From an uncultured Thermoproteales archaeon (GTDB taxonomy: Archaea > Thermoproteota > Thermoprotei > Thermofilales > B20-G17): 64,000 nucleotides of DNA. Location of the stretch: assembly GCA_965368245.1 (NCBI GenBank), contig CBDUMD010000007.1, positions 2,436 to 66,435 of the forward strand, written 5' to 3'. The notes beneath the pieces are model-generated. The model did no database searches, had not been told where the DNA came from, and worked only from the letters and a program-made list of their open reading frames with translations. The translations under genes were made by a program, and so were the position numbers. This document shows positions 57,536-64,000 of this stretch, piece after piece (position 1 is the first letter of the stretch; the number at the start of each line of letters is the position of its first letter).

Positions 57536-59599
57536 ATGAGTGAAGCCTTATGGGTGGAAAAGTATAGGCCAAGGGTTCTCGACGAGGTAATAAACCAAGA
57601 TGAAATCATAAGACGACTCAAATACTTCGTTGCAAACAGGAGTTTACCTCACCTCCTTTTCGCAGGCCCCCCGGGAACGGGGAAAACCACAGCTGCCCTG
57701 GCCCTAGCCCACGAGCTTTACGGTAAAATATGGCGAGAAAACGTGTTAGAGCTAAATGCATCGGTGACGCCGGACACCCCCATAATGGTTAGGGTTCTAG
57801 GAACAGTTATCATGACCAACTTTCACGAACTTGACAAAATGGTTTTCGGGGACGACGAGGAGTCCGAGTATGCTATCCCAGTAGGGCTTGAAGTACTCTC
57901 GTTCGACCCCGTTAGCTATAAAGTCTGTTTTAAGCCAATCTCAGCTGTTGCACGACACAGGGCCACTACTGTTATTAAAATTAGGTATGAGGGAGGTGAA
58001 GTAAGAGCCACACCAGATCATTCAATAATGGTGTTGGACGAGGACGGTAACATCGTGTCTAGGCGAGCCGACGACCTCAAGCCTGGAGACTTTCTTCTAT
58101 CATTTAAAACTAAGCTGAATGTCAGTAACGACCATAAACTTCCTGGATTTTACTCAGCTGAGGTAGCGGTCGGCTCTGGGAACGGTGTATCGAAACAGAT
58201 GGTCCTGACTCTTAAATATCCAGGTGAATATTCTTTAATCGAAACGGCAACGGCGGCCGCTGAACCCCTACGAATAGGATTTGTATTTAATCTGCCCCTC
58301 GAAGCTAGAGTAGCCTTCCTAAAAAGATTTACGGGCAATGTATGTGGTAAATGGGGTGAAATTGCCAAATTCTCCTCCACCTCCCAAAAACTTTTAGTAG
58401 AGTTAGCCTGGCTGGCTAGAATAAGCGGTGTAGAAAGCTTGGTGTTCCACGGCGAAACACAGCTGATGCGGAGCAACACAATAAAACAGGGGAAAGCCGG
58501 TCTCCTGCCGGCAAAGCCTTTCATCAAGTTCTTCGAGGAAGTAGCGGATCATATAAGCGTTAACTGGAAGTATACACTGAGGCGTCAACTGTACGAGGGA
58601 GAAGAAATGGTCTCAAAGGAACTCCTCACAAAGATAATGGATGTGATCAATGTAGAGGAGCTCGACGACGATTTAATAGAAAAGTATTATCGGCTTAAAG
58701 GACTAGCCTCCTCCGACATCTATGCTGTTAAAGTAGAGTCCATAAAGCTGGAAAAATACGATGGATGGGTATACGATGTAGGTGTACCGGGTTCTGAAGT
58801 ATTTTGGGGAGGGACTACACCACTCCTGCTTCACAACTCCGATGAAAGGGGCATTCAAACTATACGTGAACGCGTAAAGGATTTCGCTAGAACCATGCCC
58901 TTAGGGGAAGTGCCCTTCAAAATGATAATACTTGATGAGGCAGATAACATGACGAGCGATGCTCAACAGGCGTTAAGACGCATAATGGAGATGTTCTCTA
59001 GAACCACACGCTTCTGCCTGATAGCCAATTATCCGTCGAAGATCATCGAGCCCATTCAATCACGCTGTGCTATCTTCAGGTTCCAGCCCCTAAGGAAGGA
59101 GGATGTTATAAAACGGCTTAAGTACATAGCTTCACAGGAGAACGTAAAGGTCACAGAAGACGCATTCGAGGCAATATGGGAGATTTCCGGAGGAGACATG
59201 AGGAGGGCTATAAACACCCTTCAAGCCGCAGCAGCCATGGGGGGAGTTGTAGACGAAAAGGCGGTATACAGGGTTGTAGGAAAAGTTACTCCCACCGAGA
59301 TACAGGAAATGTTGAAATATGCCCTTGAAGGCAATTTTATAAAGGCCCGTGAAACGCTTAGAGAACTCATGATCGAATACGGTGTCTCAGGGGTGGATAT
59401 CATAAAGTTGATTCACAGGGAGCTTCTCAACCCTAAATCTAGCCTTCCTATACCCGAGGAAGCCAGAATAGAGTTAGCGGATCTAGCAGGGGAAATCAAT
59501 TTCAGACTCATAGAGGGTGCCGACGAGGAAATACAGTTGAGCGCGTTTCTAGCTAAAATCGCACTCGTCGGCAAAAAGTATCTGTCCGGGAGGGTTTAG
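57536..59599 (+). CDS. rfcS: replication factor C small subunit, interrupted by one intein
   Basis: Exteins: LWVEKYRPRVLDEV...GPPGTGKTTAALALAHEL...LELNA | SDERGIQTIRERV...ILDEADNMT...SRC. Confidence 0.9.
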   Translation: MSEALWVEKYRPRVLDEVINQDEIIRRLKYFVANRSLPHLLFAGPPGTGKTTAALALAHELYGKIWRENVLELNASVTPDTPIMVRVLGTVIMTNFHELDKMVFGDDEESEYAIPVGLEVLSFDPVSYKVCFKPISAVARHRATTVIKIRYEGGEVRATPDHSIMVLDEDGNIVSRRADDLKPGDFLLSFKTKLNVSNDHKLPGFYSAEVAVGSGNGVSKQMVLTLKYPGEYSLIETATAAAEPLRIGFVFNLPLEARVAFLKRFTGNVCGKWGEIAKFSSTSQKLLVELAWLARISGVESLVFHGETQLMRSNTIKQGKAGLLPAKPFIKFFEEVADHISVNWKYTLRRQLYEGEEMVSKELLTKIMDVINVEELDDDLIEKYYRLKGLASSDIYAVKVESIKLEKYDGWVYDVGVPGSEVFWGGTTPLLLHNSDERGIQTIRERVKDFARTMPLGEVPFKMIILDEADNMTSDAQQALRRIMEMFSRTTRFCLIANYPSKIIEPIQSRCAIFRFQPLRKEDVIKRLKYIASQENVKVTEDAFEAIWEISGGDMRRAINTLQAAAAMGGVVDEKAVYRVVGKVTPTEIQEMLKYALEGNFIKARETLRELMIEYGVSGVDIIKLIHRELLNPKSSLPIPEEARIELADLAGEINFRLIEGADEEIQLSAFLAKIALVGKKYLSGRV
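57761..58837 (+). mobile_element. intein (359 aa) in RFC-S, Ser1 ... His-Asn / +1 Ser, with a degenerate LAGLIDADG-like middle domain
   Basis: Block A SVTPDTPIMV, block B TPDHSIMV, blocks F/G WVYDVGVPGSEVFWGGTTPLLLHN|S. The middle region (VAFLKRFTGNVCG; LLVELAWLARISGVES) lacks the usual acidic residues. Confidence 0.85.
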
Positions 59600-59607
59600 A
59601 CTAGAGG

Positions 59608-60846
59608 ATGCCGAAAAATATAGCTTTACCCTGGGTTGAAAAATACCGTCCTAAGAGAATTGCTGATGTGGTTGGAAACCCTGAGGCAAAAAACAAGTTT
59701 ATAGCTTGGCTCAGAACATGGCTTACAGGAAAACCGAGCAAAAAGGCGGCCCTGCTTTACGGTCCCCCGGGCACCGGTAAAACAACCCTCGTCCATGCAG
59801 CTGCAAACGAGTATAGACTTGAAGTTCTCGAAGCAAACGCAAGCGATGTTCGAACCTCCGAGGCTCTTAGACGTAGGGTAATGTCCGCTATACGTGAGGT
59901 GTCGTTACTTGGATATAGGGGTAAAATCATACTGCTTGACGAGGTTGATGGAATAAACCCTGCGCAGGATAGAGGAGGCCTAGAAATGATCTTGCGGATA
60001 ATTAGAGAATCAAGGCACCCCATCGTATTAACAGCTAATGATCCATGGGATCCAAGGCTCCGTACGCTTCGCCAAAATGTTGTTTTAATAGAATTCAAGA
60101 AAATACATCAACGAGATATAATAAAAGTGTTAGACAAGATTTGTAAACAGGAGGGCATTGAAGCCGATGCCAGAGTCTTGAAGGAGATAGCTAGAAAGGC
60201 TCAAGGGGACCTTCGAGCAGCCATAAACGACCTTCAGGCAGTAGCCTTCGGGAAGAGGAGGATAACGCTCAAGGATCTCGAGGTGGTCTGGGAAAGGGAC
60301 GCTCAACAAAATATCTTTAGCCTGGTACGTTCAATCTTCTTGGCCAAAAGCATAGCCCAAGCCAGAATGGTTTTAATGCAACCTGACCTAGACTATGAGA
60401 TGCTACTTCACTGGGTTTCCGAAAACATTCCATACCAGTATAGCGAAAGCATCGAGGCTATTGCAGAAGCCTACGATGCCCTATCCCGCGCAGACGTATA
60501 TATGGGAAGAATCAAGAGGCTACAGAACTGGAGTCTTTTACCATACATGCTGGAGCTTTTAACCGCTGGTGTCGCATTGGTGAAACATAAGCCCAGGTTC
60601 AGGTTCACAAAATATAGCTTCCCTCAAAGGCTGAAACTATTGTCGATGACTAAAGAAAAAAGGAACCTTAGAGAAAGGATTTTAGAGGCTATAGCTAGAA
60701 AATGTCATGTATCCAAGCACGATGCAAACCTAGAATACCTACCCTACATAAAAATAATTTATGAAGAAAATCCAAAGGAAGGTAGGAAAATCCTTAAATG
60801 GCTTGGGGTAAGCGAAAGAAGCTTTAAAATGGTGACCAAACTCTAA
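59608..60846 (+). CDS. rfcL: replication factor C large subunit
   Basis: LPWVEKYRPKRIADVVGNPEAK...LLYGPPGTGKTTLVHAAANEY...LLDEVDG. Confidence 0.9.
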   Translation: MPKNIALPWVEKYRPKRIADVVGNPEAKNKFIAWLRTWLTGKPSKKAALLYGPPGTGKTTLVHAAANEYRLEVLEANASDVRTSEALRRRVMSAIREVSLLGYRGKIILLDEVDGINPAQDRGGLEMILRIIRESRHPIVLTANDPWDPRLRTLRQNVVLIEFKKIHQRDIIKVLDKICKQEGIEADARVLKEIARKAQGDLRAAINDLQAVAFGKRRITLKDLEVVWERDAQQNIFSLVRSIFLAKSIAQARMVLMQPDLDYEMLLHWVSENIPYQYSESIEAIAEAYDALSRADVYMGRIKRLQNWSLLPYMLELLTAGVALVKHKPRFRFTKYSFPQRLKLLSMTKEKRNLRERILEAIARKCHVSKHDANLEYLPYIKIIYEENPKEGRKILKWLGVSERSFKMVTKL

Positions 60847-60981
60847 GCATCCAACACTAAATCCTAGTCTCCCTAGAGAAACGGTAAGCTATAACTCTCT
60901 CAACCTTCTTGGCCGCATTTTAGGATTTTCGCTCAGCTACTATTGTTAACGATAAAGTGGAGGCGCTAAATAGATCCTATG

Positions 60982-61248
60982 CTAAGACATTTTTCTTGAA
61001 ACTTCTAGCAGGTTTTTTAACGCGATAACTAGGCTGTTTCTCTCCTCTAGAAGGAAAATTCTGAGTTTACCATAACGTATCTCCTTTACTATACCCACCT
61101 TTTTAAGGTACTCGAGGTGTCTGACCACAGAGGTGTAGCTTAAACCGCTTTTTCTCATGATCTCTGTTAAGTTCAGAGCCCCATACTCCAACATTATATT
61201 TAAAACCTTTACTCTACCCTTCGACGAAAGCAGCTCTTCTAGGATCAA
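60982..61248 (-). CDS. winged-helix (ArsR-like) transcriptional regulator
   Basis: KVLNIMLEYGALNLTEIMRKSGLSYTSVVRHLEYLKKVGIVKE. Confidence 0.65.
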   Translation of the reverse strand: MILEELLSSKGRVKVLNIMLEYGALNLTEIMRKSGLSYTSVVRHLEYLKKVGIVKEIRYGKLRIFLLEERNSLVIALKNLLEVSRKMS

Positions 61249-61254
61249 GGAGGG

Positions 61255-62487
61255 CTAGTCCTCCCACCGTTTTTTCTCGAGCACGACTTTAATGTACTTT
61301 TTAAGCTCTCTTTCAAGGTTCTCGAGGGGGATGCCTGGTATCTCTATTAGCGTGCTCTTTCCTCTAAAGCCTTTTCCGGAGAGTCTTGCCACGATAACTC
61401 CCATGTTCTTCAGGTTTTGGACGTACTCCCAGATCTTTGTATGTTTCCTTGGTTCAAGTCCATATTCTTCACAGAGCATGGAGTAGACTTCCTCCACCTG
61501 TCCAAGCCTAACATGCTTAACAGTCTTCATCCTCTTTAGAAGCTTAATAGCCGCTAACAATATCAAGGCCTCGTGGAGTTTAAGTGAACTTACATCCACA
61601 TGGGATACAACCAGACTGCTGCTAAATGCCCGACGTACATCCTCCAGTGAAATGTATTTTCTACCCTCCATTTCAGCCAGTTTTCCAGCACGCCATAGGG
61701 TTTCTAGGGCGAGCCTAGCGTCGCCCTTACCCCCTTTATCCACACCTACAAGCTCACTTATCGTCAAGAGTACTTCTTCGCTTACAGCACTCGGATAAAT
61801 GGCCTCCTCCACCTCTATCCTCTCCAACAATATATCGTATATTTGATCGGATGTGTAGGGGTTGAACCTTATTATATTGTGCATTAACGAGCTTCTAGCA
61901 CTCTCCTCGAGTAAATGTAAAGCTGTTAAATCACGCATTATAAAGATGAAGCTGACCCTGTGTTTACCGCTTATCTCCTCGTCTGAAACCCTCGTCAAAT
62001 CATATACGGCGTCGCTGCCGGAAGTATTGATCAAGTAGTCTACCTCATCCAGTGCTAAAATAAGGTACTGGTCTTTGTCCGCCAGCATGTTGGTTATTAT
62101 TCCTATAAGCTCCTGGGATGAAAAACCCCTTGGAGGGATGGGTAGGTTAAGCATTTGAGACGTCTTCTTAAGTACCAGGAAGAGGGTTCTATCTTTATGG
62201 CAGTTCACGTGAATATAATGTATTCCCAGCCCCTTCCTCCTACAATACTCCTTAAGTTTAAGGCCGAAACGCTTGGCAACAGCCGTCTTCCCCGTTCCCA
62301 CAGGGCCAGTAAGTATAACCTTCTGTGAAAAAGAGCCCGGGGTTCTTATAATGGGGGTAAACATTCCAGCAAGAGTTTCCAGGTGTTTTTTACGGTGAGG
62401 CAGATGGACGGGAACATAATCGATCGACAACTTTTCCTCATATTTGAAAATAGGGGATTCCCTCTCCCAAAGTTCCTCGAAGTCCAT
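61255..62487 (-). CDS. cdc6: Orc1/Cdc6 replication initiator
   Basis: ILTGPVGTGKTAVAKRF (Walker A), LALDEVDYL (Walker B), and a C-terminal winged helix. Confidence 0.9.
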   Translation of the reverse strand: MDFEELWERESPIFKYEEKLSIDYVPVHLPHRKKHLETLAGMFTPIIRTPGSFSQKVILTGPVGTGKTAVAKRFGLKLKEYCRRKGLGIHYIHVNCHKDRTLFLVLKKTSQMLNLPIPPRGFSSQELIGIITNMLADKDQYLILALDEVDYLINTSGSDAVYDLTRVSDEEISGKHRVSFIFIMRDLTALHLLEESARSSLMHNIIRFNPYTSDQIYDILLERIEVEEAIYPSAVSEEVLLTISELVGVDKGGKGDARLALETLWRAGKLAEMEGRKYISLEDVRRAFSSSLVVSHVDVSSLKLHEALILLAAIKLLKRMKTVKHVRLGQVEEVYSMLCEEYGLEPRKHTKIWEYVQNLKNMGVIVARLSGKGFRGKSTLIEIPGIPLENLERELKKYIKVVLEKKRWED

Positions 62488-62837
62488 TCCCTCCCACTAC
62501 CTTCAAAATATGATTAACCATAGACGATAATATACTTTTTCTTTAGTAATACATTACAATACAGTGATATATGAAAGTATTATTTATAACCCAGAAAAAC
62601 AACTTTAACATGAACATGATGACTCTAGCCCTGTTGACCCCCAAAAGGGGGGTATGAAATAGATCTTGAGTGCTGAGCCTTCTTTTATAAACCCATACGG
62701 GTAGACCATAACCTCTCCACAATAAAATTACATTGATGTAATTTAAATGCATTCGGTTAACTCTATTCATGTGTAGATGTAGCCTTAGGTAAACTTAATA
62801 TTTAGTTTTACCTAGCCATACCATAGGTGGCCCCGGT
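62488..62837. promoter_or_regulatory. candidate replication-origin / cdc6 upstream region
   Basis: AT-rich 350-nt non-coding spacer 5' of orc1/cdc6. It holds a perfect 9-bp-arm palindrome at 62725-62744, an inverted repeat at 62786-62814, a C5-A4-G5 hairpin at 62638-62651, and one ORB-core-like UCUCCACAA at 62714-62722. Confidence 0.35.
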
Positions 62838-63018
62838 TTGCTTCTTAGAATAAAGGTTGGAAGAAAAGGCTATTCGCGAAGCTGTTGGTATTGATGAAGA
62901 CGATGAAGTTATTATTGAAGTTAGAGGTGGAATCATATTTAAGCCAGCTAAAAAGAAAGTTGATATAGAAAAGCTTAGAGAGTCTCTAAGAAAGCATGTC
63001 GAGACTTTAAAAAGATAA
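62838..63018 (+). pseudogene. AbrB/SpoVT-type antitoxin (VapB-like) remnant, frameshifted
   Basis: (M)LLRIKVGRKG is in one frame and KAIREAVGIDEDDEVIIEVRGGIIFKPAKKK in another. The G-x-[IV]-x-[IV]-P core between them is missing. Confidence 0.5.
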
Positions 63019-63082
63019 CTGGTAGAGTAGAGCCTAAACCCGGTGAATTAGCTCAAGCATTCCCTGAAGAGGAGTTTGAACG

Positions 63083-63242
63083 GTGAAAGTATTCATAGAT
63101 GCACCTCTTCTCATATATTTCAATACATTAGCGAATTCTAGAGATAAAATCTTATATGAGAACTTCTACATAAAGGTCTCACACAGATTTCTTAACCGTC
63201 AAAAACTAAATCTGATGCTTAGTTATATGTTATCGATGAGAA
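63083..63242 (+). pseudogene. PIN-domain (VapC-like) N-terminal remnant
   Basis: MKVFIDAPLLIYF matches the PIN beta1 strand with its conserved Asp. The ORF then loses similarity and is overrun by the radical-SAM gene that starts at 63243. Confidence 0.4.
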
Positions 63243-64000
63243 ATGAGAGTGCTGTTAGCACTTCCCCCGAATATACATACTTTAGAAATTTACAAAATAA
63301 CAGGTATGAACGCACCGCCGTTAGGTTTAGCCTACATAGCTTCTGTGCTTGAAAAGGCAGGGCATAAGGTTAAGATTATAGATGCCCCTACCCTTAAAAT
63401 GTCAACAAAAGAGTTTTTACATGAAGTTAAGTCATGGAAACCTGACGTAATAGGGTTGTCTTTAATAACACCAACAGCACCTAGTGGGTATAGGGTGATA
63501 AAGAAGCTTAAGAGAGAATTCCATGAATTACCCATAATTGTTGGAGGACCCCATCCAACATTTATGTTTAAGGAAGCCTTAAACGAAGGCGCTGACATCG
63601 TAGTTAGGTTTGAAGGCGAATACACGACATTAGAGCTAGTTAATACAATGGAGAAACATGGCGTAAACTACAGTGTGCTAAGGAAAATTAAAGGTATTGC
63701 TTTTAAAGATTCAAATGGGAAGTACATAGTAACAGAGAATAGGCCTTTCCTAGCAAATCTTGACGAGCTTCCATGGCCTGCAAGACACTTGCTACCCATG
63801 GATAAATACACTGTATTTAACAAACCAATAAGGATAGCTCATGTATTGGCAAGTAGAGGATGCCCCTACGGCTGCATGTACTGTAGTACATCATACTTTT
63901 GGGGTAGAGCTGTAAGGTTTAGGTCAGCTAAAAACGTTGTAAATGAAATAGAAAATCTAGTTGAAAACTACGGTATAAAATCCGTAGTTTTCGCAGATGA
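63243..64000 (+). CDS. B12-binding-domain radical SAM protein (3' end outside window)
   Basis: My own translation gives MRVLLALPPNIHTLEIYKITGMNAPPLGLAYIASVLEKAGHKVKIIDAP...GLSLITPTA...IIVGGPHPT...ASRGCPYGCMYCS (CxxxCxxC). It is absent from the ORF track because it runs off the window. Confidence 0.8.
   Translation, partial: MRVLLALPPNIHTLEIYKITGMNAPPLGLAYIASVLEKAGHKVKIIDAPTLKMSTKEFLHEVKSWKPDVIGLSLITPTAPSGYRVIKKLKREFHELPIIVGGPHPTFMFKEALNEGADIVVRFEGEYTTLELVNTMEKHGVNYSVLRKIKGIAFKDSNGKYIVTENRPFLANLDELPWPARHLLPMDKYTVFNKPIRIAHVLASRGCPYGCMYCSTSYFWGRAVRFRSAKNVVNEIENLVENYGIKSVVFAD

Noticed and set aside
62618-62676. C/D-box sRNA-like arrangement (ATGATGA ... TGAC ... ATGAAAT ... CTGA) in the cdc6 upstream spacer
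   Set aside because: The D' and C' boxes are poor, there is no terminal stem between the flanks, and no K-turn geometry. The other TGATGA matches in the window are all inside coding sequence.
63332-63625. 97-aa minus-strand ORF
   Set aside because: It is antisense to the B12/radical-SAM gene, whose plus-strand translation shows clear family motifs.
1-64000. Search for CRISPR arrays, rRNA genes, IS elements/transposases, RNase P RNA and SRP RNA
   Set aside because: I saw no regularly spaced direct repeats. There is no long GC-rich non-coding stretch, since every spacer over 150 nt is AT-rich apart from the tRNAs and the 68-nt element. No transposase or integrase motifs were seen.

Overview
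This is a densely coding archaeal chromosome window. It looks like a hyperthermophilic Thermoproteota/Crenarchaeota lineage, possibly Thermofilum- or Thermoproteales-like, on these grounds: archaeal ribosomal proteins, two thermosome subunits, aIF5B, aRF1, RFC, Orc1/Cdc6, a histone, frequent GTG/TTG starts, and tRNA introns at canonical and non-canonical positions. All product calls rest on motif recognition by eye; no database search was possible.

Content:
- Scattered ribosomal-protein clusters: uS3-uL29-Rpp29-uS17-uL14; uL11-uL1-P0; and isolated uL6, eL40, eS17, eL37, uS10 and uS7.
- Translation factors and synthetases: AlaRS, probable ValRS, EF-1alpha, aIF5B, aRF1, deoxyhypusine synthase.
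- Proteasome beta x2, thermosome x2, Hsp20 and an FKBP.
- RNA-processing genes: aCPSF1, Csl4, LSm, RtcA, archease-RtcB, Taw1.
- NrdDG.
- A replication cluster (RFC small subunit with intein, RFC large subunit, wHTH regulator, Orc1/Cdc6) next to a putative origin.
- Nine tRNA genes, two with introns.

I recognised no rRNA, CRISPR array, IS element or integrase.

The most interesting observation is that the uL11 gene is split between two frames inside its most conserved motif. The break sits in a GC-rich bulge-helix-loop structure. Cutting it by the same rule that fits the two tRNA-Ser introns here removes exactly 14 nt and restores the frame and the consensus sequence. That makes it a candidate splicing-endonuclease intron in a ribosomal-protein mRNA.

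Other points:
- A 359-aa Ser1 intein in RFC-S.
- A 17-nt tRNA intron at position 32/33.
- A compact GC-rich structured element after an RNase III-like gene.
- A P0 protein with no acidic tail and no L12 gene downstream.
- A decaying low-density region (41.8-44.7 kb) next to tRNA-Arg.
- A vapBC remnant beside the putative origin.
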